From a virus: a DNA stretch of 64,000 nucleotides. Each line of letters starts with the position of its first letter. The first letter of the stretch is position 1. The notes beneath the pieces are model-generated. The model did no database searches, was not told the DNA's origin, and worked only from the letters and a program-made list of their open reading frames with translations. Where the stretch lies: positions 1 through 64,000 of IMG/VR virus record IMGVR_UViG_3300017917_001172. One strand, written 5' to 3'. The position numbers and the translations under genes were made by a program. Shown here piece by piece: positions 35,495 through 43,831 of the stretch.

Positions 35495-35528
35495 TAGGAC
35501 CTCCTAGCTTCCTTGTTGCTGTCTACAC

Positions 35529-35556
35529 ATATTAGCACCTGCACTAGGTGCGTCAA
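35529..35556 (-). promoter_or_regulatory. sigma70-type early promoter
   Basis: TTGACG-N16-TAATAT. Confidence 0.75.
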
Positions 35557-35564
35557 CTGAAAAA

Positions 35565-35807
35565 TCAGTACTGACCCGAAAGAAGTGCTGCCTTGGCTTC
35601 GTTCAGCATCTTGGCCTTGGCGCGGAGCGGAGCGCCACGGAGCTCACCGTCGCAGCAAAGGTTCTCAGGGGAAAGATCACACTCGAGCGAGTCGAGAAGC
35701 TCGCGGGCGTCCTTGGGGGAAATGTTTGCGGGATCAATCTGCGGCTGGTTGAACCACATGCGCTGCATATTACGCTGGGCAATGTACTGGGTGAGGTACT
35801 TGTTCAT
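35565..35807 (-). CDS. hypothetical early protein
   Basis: AAGGAG RBS; LSPENL.CDGE motif. Confidence 0.75.
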   Translation of the reverse strand: MNKYLTQYIAQRNMQRMWFNQPQIDPANISPKDARELLDSLECDLSPENLCCDGELRGAPLRAKAKMLNEAKAALLSGQY

Positions 35808-35817
35808 CGCTATCTCC

Positions 35818-35964
35818 TTAGCGGTTGAAGATCTGGAAGCACGTATCGTAGGAATGCTTTTCCTGGCACTTGGTCATCTCAGCGTTATTGCTGTAGCTGA
35901 GAGTCACGAAGCTCATCACACCGTAAACCGTTGCAGCAACCAGTACCCAAAACATCGTACGCAT
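35818..35964 (-). CDS. 48-aa membrane/secreted peptide (not in ORF track)
   Basis: translated by hand: MRTMFWVLVAATVYGVMSFVTLSYSNNAEMTKCQEKHSYDTCFQIFNR; AGAGCAAGGAG RBS. Confidence 0.7.
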   Translation of the reverse strand: MRTMFWVLVAATVYGVMSFVTLSYSNNAEMTKCQEKHSYDTCFQIFNR

Positions 35965-35990
35965 CTACTTGCTCCTTGCTCTATACACAC

Positions 35991-36018
35991 ATAATATAGC
36001 CAAACACACAGGGGTCAA
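35991..36018 (-). promoter_or_regulatory. sigma70-type early promoter
   Basis: TTGACC-N16-TATTAT. Confidence 0.75.
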
Positions 36019-36040
36019 CCAAAAAGATTGTGCTTGTTTT

Positions 36041-36077
36041 TCAATGACTTACGTGTAGGTAGTCAGTAAGTCATTGA
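36041..36077. repeat. TCAATGACTTA motif plus an inverted copy
   Basis: direct copy at 36041-36051, inverted TAAGTCATTGA at 36067-36077. Confidence 0.8.
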
Positions 36078-36576
36078 TATAATTGTCGTCTGCTTCACCC
36101 AAATCTTTGTAGAGTTCAACAGTGTGGCTGTCATGTCCAAATTTGGCAAGCTTGCGACCAGCAGCATCGTTATCGCAAATTGCAACGACTTTGCGAGTAG
36201 CTTTAACGATAAAGAGCCATTCGCGAGTGGTATCGTCCAAATCGTTACTTAACGTAGCAATAGCACTAACACCCTTTGCGGTTAGCCTTGCAGCATCGAA
36301 AATACCCTCAGTGACATAAAGGGTATTGGTCAAGTGCCAGCTTTCCAAGCCCCAAACAGCTAGAGCACGTTCCTTTTTATAGGTGTAATACCTGCTCATT
36401 TTTGGGTCATTATCGCGGTGCTTATCCTTGTCAGGACGATACCTTTGATATCCAGCCAACTTGCCGCTAAGGTTCCAAAGCGGAAACGTAGCAGTCCGCT
36501 CGATTTCATCGATCCAAACTGTATGCAATGCGAGGTCTAAATGTCTCGCTTTCAAATTTTCTAATACAGTGGTCAT
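36049..36576 (-). CDS. stand-alone TOPRIM (primase-like) protein
   Basis: FPLWN..G.L.GYQ.Y, TEGIFDA, CDND.AG, KDLG. Confidence 0.8.
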   Translation of the reverse strand: MTTVLENLKARHLDLALHTVWIDEIERTATFPLWNLSGKLAGYQRYRPDKDKHRDNDPKMSRYYTYKKERALAVWGLESWHLTNTLYVTEGIFDAARLTAKGVSAIATLSNDLDDTTREWLFIVKATRKVVAICDNDAAGRKLAKFGHDSHTVELYKDLGEADDNYINDLLTTYT

Positions 36577-36638
36577 ATTTGCGTCCTGTTATTGTTTATA
36601 CAATAGCAGAAATTGGATCAAGCACAATCGAAAAGATT

Positions 36639-36667
36639 GCCCTGCTAGATCAAGCACTTAGCAGGGC
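36639..36667. repeat. variant motif TCAAGCACTTA inside GCCCTGC/GCAGGGC inverted repeat
   Basis: same architecture as 743-772 and 2104-2130. Confidence 0.75.
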
Positions 36668-36976
36668 ATTCAGCACGGGCTTGTGCTTCTTAACAAGCTC
36701 GCGCTCACGCTCGTGGGCCTCAGCCTTGCCCCGCACGACCTCGATCAGCTCAAGCTTGGGCTCGTGGCGCTCTACACTGCGCAGGGCTTCGTAGATGAAC
36801 CAGTTCCAACGATCAGGGTCGTTGCGGCGATACCAATGCTTGTTATAGCGGCGCTTGATGCTGGTGATCACGCCCCCGTCCACGACGGTGACCCCAATGT
36901 AGCTCTGCTTGCCCACTGTGATACGGTAGATAGCATGCTTACGGTCTTTGCGGCGCTTGCGCTTCTTCGTTTCCAT
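36650..36976 (-). CDS. small GIY-YIG-like nuclease
   Basis: AIY.I....SYIG.T, R...H, AH..E..L......LN. Confidence 0.75.
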   Translation of the reverse strand: METKKRKRRKDRKHAIYRITVGKQSYIGVTVVDGGVITSIKRRYNKHWYRRNDPDRWNWFIYEALRSVERHEPKLELIEVVRGKAEAHERERELVKKHKPVLNALLSA

Positions 36977-36982
36977 ACTGCT

Positions 36983-37010
36983 ATAATAGCACCGTTTAGG
37001 GGTGGGTCAA
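36983..37010 (-). promoter_or_regulatory. sigma70-type early promoter (leaderless gene follows)
   Basis: TTTCTGG-TTGACC-N16-TATTAT, ATG 6 nt downstream. Confidence 0.8.
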
Positions 37011-37042
37011 CCAGAAAAATGCCCAAAAATACCCCTAAAAGA

Positions 37043-37079
37043 TCAATGACTTAGCGAGTCCAATGATTTCAATGACTTA
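37043..37079. repeat. two copies of TCAATGACTTA motif
   Basis: 37043-37053 and 37069-37079. Confidence 0.9.
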
Positions 37080-37083
37080 GCGG

Positions 37084-37494
37084 TTAGCCCTGCAAGCGCA
37101 ACTTAATATTGTAGTCTGAGAACTTGTCCTTCCAGGCCCAAAACGTCTTGCCGTGATCTATGCGGTTTTGGAACTCTACCTGATATTGGTGCACCATCTC
37201 ATGTGCAAGGACTTCTATGAATTGGCGCTTGCTCTTGAACTTGAGGTTCATGACTATGCGATCGCAGGTGGGCTTGCTCAGGGGCGGTTTACCATCATCT
37301 AGCGTGCCATAGCAGATGCCGTATGCATCAGACATGTACTTGATCTGCAGGAGTGGGCGCTTGAGCTGATCATCAAACAAGCAATGGTTTATGATGTTGT
37401 ACGCGCGGCTTAGCTGCCTAGGGGTTGGACTAAAGGGTTCAGCTTTTACGCTGGCTCCTGCGAGATACTTCTTGAAATAAGCCCGCTTGCCCAT
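37084..37494 (-). CDS. SprT-like zinc metalloprotease
   Basis: N..LF...L, LAHEMVHQYQ, HG..F. Confidence 0.85.
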   Translation of the reverse strand: MGKRAYFKKYLAGASVKAEPFSPTPRQLSRAYNIINHCLFDDQLKRPLLQIKYMSDAYGICYGTLDDGKPPLSKPTCDRIVMNLKFKSKRQFIEVLAHEMVHQYQVEFQNRIDHGKTFWAWKDKFSDYNIKLRLQG

Positions 37495-37552
37495 TTGATC
37501 TCCCCATGCAAATACTTATTCGTACAGCCTGGATCAAAAACAACTGATATTT

Positions 37553-38266
37553 TTAGAGGTGCGTCCAGTTCTTGGTGAGGATCTTTTCGGTGATCTCATG
37601 GGGTTTTGGCTTGCCGTGGAATATGACCATCTTGCAATCCTTTGGTATCACGCTGGCTGGCTCTTCCCTGTGATATTGGCTAGTGCGTCCATTCTTGTGT
37701 CCGCCCCTCCAGATCTCCCAACGATAGCTCATGGCCCATTCGTGCGGCCATCTCTGATACTGTTTTACTTCTGATTGTATGAAATCCTGATCACCCCGGT
37801 GTTTTGCCATGTTCTCATCACGGGCTGACTGGAACCGTTCATACAACCAATGCATGTCAGAATCCGACCATGCCATGACAGAACTGTTCAATCCGTCATA
37901 TCTAGGAATGAAGGCTCGATTAAAATCCTGGCAGATAACGAAGCTAGGGTTGCTGTAGTTCCACATCTCCGTGCAGTTACCAGTGACGATAACATCTAGA
38001 TCAACATACAAGTTTCGACCCTGCAGATTGTGGGCAGCGTTGAATATCTCCATCTTGAACCACCACCCTCGGCTGGATGGTACTCGCCATGAAGGAAGAT
38101 TATGTATGACCATGCCAGGCATGCGCTGTATGTGCGAAGCATCATCAGTGAACACATGGAATGCAAAGTTCTTGTCCATGTGTCTCTTGAATCCACAATA
38201 GAGATTGAAGACGTATTCAGGTCCGTAGAGCTTGCCCCACTTCACGCATATCAGATTACGTTGCAC
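37553..38266 (-). CDS. glycosyltransferase (GT-A, GT8-like)
   Basis: CVKWG..Y, GWW.K, DLD, NSSVM, GDQ, FHGKPKP. Confidence 0.85.
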   Translation of the reverse strand: MQRNLICVKWGKLYGPEYVFNLYCGFKRHMDKNFAFHVFTDDASHIQRMPGMVIHNLPSWRVPSSRGWWFKMEIFNAAHNLQGRNLYVDLDVIVTGNCTEMWNYSNPSFVICQDFNRAFIPRYDGLNSSVMAWSDSDMHWLYERFQSARDENMAKHRGDQDFIQSEVKQYQRWPHEWAMSYRWEIWRGGHKNGRTSQYHREEPASVIPKDCKMVIFHGKPKPHEITEKILTKNWTHL

Positions 38267-38600
38267 CGCCTACTGAATCCCGTTCTATGTCGTTGTGTGA
38301 GAACTCTGCCCAGTAGAGCTCAAAGCATACACAATCTTCCTTGCAGACGAACTTGTGTTTCTCACCAGGTGGAACCTTGGTGTATTCGCCAGCCTTGAGA
38401 ACCGTGACGTCAACTAGATCATAATCGTTCTTCCAGACATGTATCTCTAACACACCTGATTCCACGAAGAAACCATTCCACTTGTATTTGTGCAGATGCT
38501 TGCTGCATTGATAGCCAGCTTTGATCTCTGCTCTATGGAATTCTAGGACACCGTTAGCTTCCACCAACTCAGTGCTGCCCCATACCTTGCCTTGCCTCAT
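38256..38600 (-). CDS. cupin (sugar isomerase/epimerase-like)
   Basis: K.WG, CSKH.H..K...F.V.SG, PG..H.F. Confidence 0.8.
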   Translation of the reverse strand: MRQGKVWGSTELVEANGVLEFHRAEIKAGYQCSKHLHKYKWNGFFVESGVLEIHVWKNDYDLVDVTVLKAGEYTKVPPGEKHKFVCKEDCVCFELYWAEFSHNDIERDSVGGAT

Positions 38601-39285
38601 ATATCCTCCTTGCTAATTCTAGATCACTTGGTGTGTTTACTTCACCTTCAATTTGTTGCACCCTCATGGCACCGATGGTTGAACCATACTCTAACCATCT
38701 TATTTGTTCCAGATTTTCGATATACTCGAGAGTGTTTTCGCTGCCTGCCGTCAAGGCAAATACACGCAAGGTCGGGCGCCTGAAAGCATAGACTCCTGCA
38801 TGTGCGAATCCATGCTTTAACGGCGACCTCGTGAACCAATGTGCTCGCATGAGATTGCCTTCCACATAGCTGCATATTGCCTTGACAGTGTGCGGGTTCA
38901 TCTGTTCGCTTTCACTGATGTCGTAAACTATCGTGCCAACATCAAAGCCGTGCTCTAAGGGAAGAGTTGATGTCAATATCTGCATGGGATGGATGAATGG
39001 CAAGTCGCCTTGACAGTTTATGAATATGTCCTCATCAAACAAATCCACGACGGATGCTACTCTATCCGTGCCTGTCAGTGCGTCTTCGGTGATCCTAACA
39101 TCTACATCAGGTAGTGCTTCTTTGAGTTGTTTGCTGTCAGTGAGCACCGTTACCGGATAACCAGTTGCCGCTGCCTTGTCATAGACATGCCGTATGAGCG
39201 GCCTATCGCCTATCATCTCTAGAGGTTTACCGGGCAATCTCTTGCTGGACATCCTGGCAGGTATGAGTATTCGCACTTTCTTCAT
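38569..39285 (-). CDS. kdsB: 3-deoxy-manno-octulosonate cytidylyltransferase (CMP-Kdo synthetase)
   Basis: IPAR..S.RLPGKPL, TGTDR, N.QGD.P, H.G.YAF, LE..E.LEQ.R.LE, VNTP.DL. Confidence 0.92.
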   Translation of the reverse strand: MKKVRILIPARMSSKRLPGKPLEMIGDRPLIRHVYDKAAATGYPVTVLTDSKQLKEALPDVDVRITEDALTGTDRVASVVDLFDEDIFINCQGDLPFIHPMQILTSTLPLEHGFDVGTIVYDISESEQMNPHTVKAICSYVEGNLMRAHWFTRSPLKHGFAHAGVYAFRRPTLRVFALTAGSENTLEYIENLEQIRWLEYGSTIGAMRVQQIEGEVNTPSDLELARRIYEARQGMGQH

Positions 39286-40031
39286 CTCATGATCCTTGTC
39301 AGAGTCGCTCTCAGATCCTTAATGTCTATCATGTTAGGGCCATCGCTTGGTGCATTATCTGGATCATCATGCGTTTCCATGAACAAGCCATCAATGCCTA
39401 TGGCATAAGCGGCTTTAGCGAGTGGTTCCACGAACTCCCTCTGTCCTCCAGAACTGGTTCCATTGCCGCCTGGTTGCTGCACGGCATGAGTAGCGTCGAA
39501 TATGATAGGCTTGCCAAACTGTTTCATGATAGGGATACCTCGGAAGTCTACTACCAAGGTGTTATAACCAAAGCTAGTACCACGCTCAGTGAGCCATACA
39601 TCGTTGTTTGGAATCTTTGCTATCACGTTCTTCATGTCCCACGGTGCTAGGAACTGTCCCTTCTTGACGTTGACTATGTCTACAGCTTCTCCTGCTGCCT
39701 GTAACAGATCTGTCTGCCTGCAAAGGAAGGCAGGTATCTGCAATACGTCTACAGAAAAAGCTAGCTTCGGACATTGCCAAGTCTCATGCACGTCTGTCAG
39801 AGTCTTGACCTTGAAGCCTTCTCTTATTCCTTGCAGGATGTCTGCGCCCTCTTCTAATCCAACACCGCGGGCACCTCTTGCGCTGGTCCTGTTAGCTTTG
39901 TCGTAGCTTGACTTGTAATAAAAGTCTATATCACGAAATGGACTGATCGCATCGAGGATCAATTCGCACATCTTGGTAGCATGCTCTCGAGATTCTATCT
40001 GGCAGGGGCCTAGTATGAGCTTAAACGTCAC
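39282..40031 (-). CDS. kdsA: Kdo-8-phosphate synthase (metal-dependent type)
   Basis: GPCQIES, KSSYDKANRTS, QIPAFLCRQTDLL, KKGQFL, ERGTSFGYN, DATH.VQ.PG, SDGPN; GTG start assumed. Confidence 0.95.
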   Translation of the reverse strand: MTFKLILGPCQIESREHATKMCELILDAISPFRDIDFYYKSSYDKANRTSARGARGVGLEEGADILQGIREGFKVKTLTDVHETWQCPKLAFSVDVLQIPAFLCRQTDLLQAAGEAVDIVNVKKGQFLAPWDMKNVIAKIPNNDVWLTERGTSFGYNTLVVDFRGIPIMKQFGKPIIFDATHAVQQPGGNGTSSGGQREFVEPLAKAAYAIGIDGLFMETHDDPDNAPSDGPNMIDIKDLRATLTRIMR

Positions 40032-40776
40032 GGATGATGTCCTCCTCGATGCAATTGGTTCCAAACTGTATCTCTACTACTTTCACTGGTTGTTCTGTGA
40101 TGTTGAACAACCTGTGCCACTCGTTTGGTTTGATCTCTAGCTTGCCGTGCGTTGGTATCATCATCACATGCTCGGGTGTGCCTAGCCCTACGCTAGCAGT
40201 GCCGCCGCTCACTAGCCATATCTCTGATCTATGTTCGTGCTTTTGCCTGCTGAGGCTCTTGCCGGGATCTACCACTAGCTCCTTGACCTTGACTGTCTGT
40301 CCTTCTGAATGTAGCACTCTGTAATAGCCCCATGGGCGCACGGTCTTAGGTGCCTTCCATTCTTCCAATATCCAGCTGCTGGAGTTTGCCTTGTTCTCTC
40401 CACCTATGCCAAACAGGAACTCAACGCCTGATTCTGTCATCTCAGGAATGTTTTCAACAGTCCTGTCACCGCCGTTCATGAAACGTATGTGATGGCTAGC
40501 AAACATCTCCTTGACTTTCTGTATGGCATTACGTGCTGAGCCATCGCTGTCATCAAAGTCTATGACATAGTTGATGCCTTGTATGGCTTGCAAGACAGCC
40601 GCACGTTCTGACCATGGCATGAAGGGCCGTCCCTTCTTGCGAGTTAACCACCCGTCTGAGTTAAGCCCTACTACCAATATGTCACAGTGCCTAGCCGCTG
40701 ACTTTATGTAATTTATGTGACCGCTGTGTATGGGATCAAACCCACCCGTGATCAAACCAATGTCTAATTTTGCCAT
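40021..40776 (-). CDS. HxGH cytidylyl/adenylyltransferase fused to C-terminal cupin
   Basis: TGGFDPIHSGH, NSD.WL.RKKG, NGGDR, NSSS; RPWG.Y..LS.Q.H..RSE.W cupin. Confidence 0.88.
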   Translation of the reverse strand: MAKLDIGLITGGFDPIHSGHINYIKSAARHCDILVVGLNSDGWLTRKKGRPFMPWSERAAVLQAIQGINYVIDFDDSDGSARNAIQKVKEMFASHHIRFMNGGDRTVENIPEMTESGVEFLFGIGGENKANSSSWILEEWKAPKTVRPWGYYRVLHSEGQTVKVKELVVDPGKSLSRQKHEHRSEIWLVSGGTASVGLGTPEHVMMIPTHGKLEIKPNEWHRLFNITEQPVKVVEIQFGTNCIEEDIIRDV

Positions 40777-40822
40777 CTTAGCCTCACATAAATATGACAC
40801 TATTATATATCAGGAATCAAAA

Positions 40823-41512
40823 ATGAGCAAACGAGTTTACATCGGTTGGGATAGCAGGGAAGACATCGCATATCAAGTAGCAAGGCATAGCATATTGAAG
40901 CATGCACACGGTGTTGACGTAGTTCCACTAAAGCTACATGAGCTCAAGGATCAGGGGTTGGTCACAAGACCAGACGATCCCAAAGCCAGCACGCAGTTCA
41001 CTTTCACTAGATTCCTGGTGCCACATCTAAACAAGTATCGAGGATGGGCGTTGTTCGTAGACTGCGATTTTCTCTTCCGAAGCGATGTCAACGAGCTGTT
41101 TGATCTAGCAGATCCCAGCAAGGCAGTGATGGTAGCCAAGCACGAATATAACGTCGCAGATGGTTCAGCCAAGATGGACGGTAAGGTACAGCATGCCTAT
41201 CCTAGGAAGAACTGGTCAAGCTGCATCTTGTTCAACTGCGCACACCCTAAGAACATACAAGGACTAGATCCTCTAGTGATCAACGAAGCGACCATGAGCC
41301 ACTTGCATCAGTTCCGCTGGCTAGACGACGAGGATATCGGCGAGATACCTCACACATGGAACTGGCTAGTTGGGCATTATCACGAGCCCAAGGATGGCAT
41401 TCCAGATGCTGTTCATTACACGCTAGGTGGGCCTTGGTTTGATGAATACAAGGATGTTGAATACGGACATCTCTGGGACGAAGCCAAGAACGAATATTAC
41501 AAGAGCTGGTGA
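40823..41512 (+). CDS. glycosyltransferase (GT8-like)
   Basis: IGWDSRE, STQFTFTRF.VP, DCD, YPRKNWSS, HYT.GGPW. Confidence 0.85.
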   Translation: MSKRVYIGWDSREDIAYQVARHSILKHAHGVDVVPLKLHELKDQGLVTRPDDPKASTQFTFTRFLVPHLNKYRGWALFVDCDFLFRSDVNELFDLADPSKAVMVAKHEYNVADGSAKMDGKVQHAYPRKNWSSCILFNCAHPKNIQGLDPLVINEATMSHLHQFRWLDDEDIGEIPHTWNWLVGHYHEPKDGIPDAVHYTLGGPWFDEYKDVEYGHLWDEAKNEYYKSW

Positions 41513-42306
41513 AGCACTTCCTGCGCTAAGCCCGATTGCATCTCTGCTTTAGTGAACTGCCTATAGCTGAGAGTGTTGATCCAGCTTTGCCTTTCTGGCA
41601 TGCGGGGTTTTTCTATGCTGCTCAATTGATCTGTAGATATGGTAGAAGTTGCAGACGACGGGTGTGATATCACAGGTATCCCAGCTATCGCTGCTTCTAC
41701 TCCAACTATGCTAGCCAGGGTAACTACTGCCCAGCAGTCTTTTAAGTCTTCTGCTACAGATTTGGTTTCTACCATAGGGCCACTGGTGCCATTCTTTCGC
41801 GGCTTGTTCCTGATCACGATTGGCCTGTCTGTGTGTTTCTTGAGCTCTGCTAGGGTCTCGTTCAACCACTGTTTCGCATATCTCCCTGTCACCCAGCTAG
41901 TCATGGTATCGCTGCTGGGTGCTATCAATATGTGGCTACCTGATTTGCGCCAGTCTCTGAGGCTTAAACCTAAAGATTTTACTCTATCCTCGGGATAATC
42001 GTTTGCTCTAGTCTCATGCAATCCGTTTGGAATCAAGCGCCAATGGCAAGTCTCAGCAGTGTGTTCTCCCATCCATCTGTTAAAATAAGGCATGTCGGCG
42101 AACAGCCATGGAATCTTTTGATTCACGCAAGCTTTGCTTATGTTGAAATTCTCTGGCCTTAATCCCCATATGCAGACTGGCCTAGAATCTGGTTGCCAGT
42201 GATTGTATATGGTAGATCCTGCCCACCCCTGTTGCAAGGGCGTGAGCACCTGCCAGCATTTGCTGGTGGGTTTATTTTTAGGTCCTATGATGTTTAAGCC
42301 AGCCAT
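41497..42306 (-). CDS. KpsS/KpsC (capsule-synthesis, beta-Kdo transferase)-like protein, paralogue 1
   Basis: TDRPI.IR.KP...L....AVVT..S.VG.EA...G.PV C-terminal pattern. Confidence 0.6.
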   Translation of the reverse strand: MAGLNIIGPKNKPTSKCWQVLTPLQQGWAGSTIYNHWQPDSRPVCIWGLRPENFNISKACVNQKIPWLFADMPYFNRWMGEHTAETCHWRLIPNGLHETRANDYPEDRVKSLGLSLRDWRKSGSHILIAPSSDTMTSWVTGRYAKQWLNETLAELKKHTDRPIVIRNKPRKNGTSGPMVETKSVAEDLKDCWAVVTLASIVGVEAAIAGIPVISHPSSATSTISTDQLSSIEKPRMPERQSWINTLSYRQFTKAEMQSGLAQEVLHQLL

Positions 42307-42331
42307 TATGTATGTAGTTATAAATAGCTGC

Positions 42332-43162
42332 ATGATACCTTATCTCTTTGTAACCACATTTAACAAGAACGGTTACCAGCTGTACGGGCAGAAGATGCTG
42401 GAATCTTTCCTGAACTTCTGGCCTGCTAATCTAAAGATGATGGTTTACATCGAAAATTTTGCTATCGATAAAGATCTAGCGAACAACCTTCGGATATTGA
42501 CTAGAGATCTCAATGCCGTGCAAGATCTAACCATATTCAAGAACCGACACAAGAACAACCAAAAAGCACACGGCTTTTGGCCAGAAGGTAGGACAGCTAA
42601 AGAATTCCAGTTTGATGCAGTGAGATTTAGCCACAAGGTATTTTCCTTGTATGATTGCTTTAAGAATCCTCCGCTAGAATACAAGAGCATGATATGGCTA
42701 GATGGCGATACCATAACGTTCAGGCCGGTTCCTGACAACTTCTTAGAAACAGTTGCACCTAGGAATTTCTGGAACAGCGGTGTAGGAAAACAGAAATATG
42801 GTATATCTTATCTCGGCAGATCGAGGCAGCATAGTGAATGCGGGTTCATGAGTTTCAACAAGACGCATCCGCTCATGCCTGCGTTTTGGGAGATGTTTGC
42901 TGACATGTATCGCACTGATCAGATCTTTGATCTAGCAGAGTGGCACGATAGCTTCGTGTTCGATCACGTGAGGAAGATCTTTGAAGCAAAGGGCATGATA
43001 AATCTCAATCTCACTCCTAAGATAGCTTCTGGTCATCCATTCATAAACTGTGATCTTGGATTATACATGGATCACATGAAGGGAGCTAGGAAACGCAACG
43101 GTCGTAGCAGAAAGACTGAGCGACACATGAAAACCGACCAAGATCCAGATTGGTGGAAATAA
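42332..43162 (+). CDS. glycosyltransferase-like protein
   Basis: DAVRFSHKV, WLDGD, E.GF, EWHDSFVFD, HMKG. Confidence 0.75.
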   Translation: MIPYLFVTTFNKNGYQLYGQKMLESFLNFWPANLKMMVYIENFAIDKDLANNLRILTRDLNAVQDLTIFKNRHKNNQKAHGFWPEGRTAKEFQFDAVRFSHKVFSLYDCFKNPPLEYKSMIWLDGDTITFRPVPDNFLETVAPRNFWNSGVGKQKYGISYLGRSRQHSECGFMSFNKTHPLMPAFWEMFADMYRTDQIFDLAEWHDSFVFDHVRKIFEAKGMINLNLTPKIASGHPFINCDLGLYMDHMKGARKRNGRSRKTERHMKTDQDPDWWK

Positions 43163-43163
43163 C

Positions 43164-43829
43164 ATGATCAGTCTATTATGTCCTACTAGAGGTAGACCCG
43201 ATCGCGCTGTTCAATTCTTGGACAGCGTGCTTTCAACACAGACCAACGATAACGAGATCATCTTTGGTCTACAGACAGATGATCCCAAGCTCAACGACTA
43301 TCCAAAAGAGATAACATCCAGAGCGATGTTCTTTGAACCTAGTTCAACTGTCTATTACTGGAATGCCATGGCATCTATGGCTACAGGGCATCTGTTGACT
43401 CTCATAGCAGATGATGTCATCATGCGCACACCTGGATGGGACAATAAATTTGAAACCGCTGCTGCTCAATATCCAGATGGCATATGCTTGATAACCACGC
43501 AAGATGGACGCAATCCTGGAGAGCCACCAGATCAGCTACCTACACCTCATCCTACCATCACCCGCAGATGGTATGAGACACTAGGCTACTTCACCTTTCC
43601 TGGATTGTTCCACTACTATGCAGACACTTGGAATTCTAGCATCGCTAGGAGACTGGGCAGGCAGATCAATCTTTACGATGTCATGTGGGAACACATCAAG
43701 GAGTTTGATGATACTCGCAAGGAGATGCGCCGTAACAAGTGGGCTGAACTCGACGACATGGTCTTCAAGCAGTGTGTTAGGCACTGGGAAACTGATCTAG
43801 AGCTTCTCAGAGACAAGATAGAAAGATAA
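43164..43829 (+). CDS. GT2-family glycosyltransferase
   Basis: L.PTRGRP, WN..A, ADD, HYYADTW. Confidence 0.8.
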   Translation: MISLLCPTRGRPDRAVQFLDSVLSTQTNDNEIIFGLQTDDPKLNDYPKEITSRAMFFEPSSTVYYWNAMASMATGHLLTLIADDVIMRTPGWDNKFETAAAQYPDGICLITTQDGRNPGEPPDQLPTPHPTITRRWYETLGYFTFPGLFHYYADTWNSSIARRLGRQINLYDVMWEHIKEFDDTRKEMRRNKWAELDDMVFKQCVRHWETDLELLRDKIER

Positions 43830-43831
43830 GC

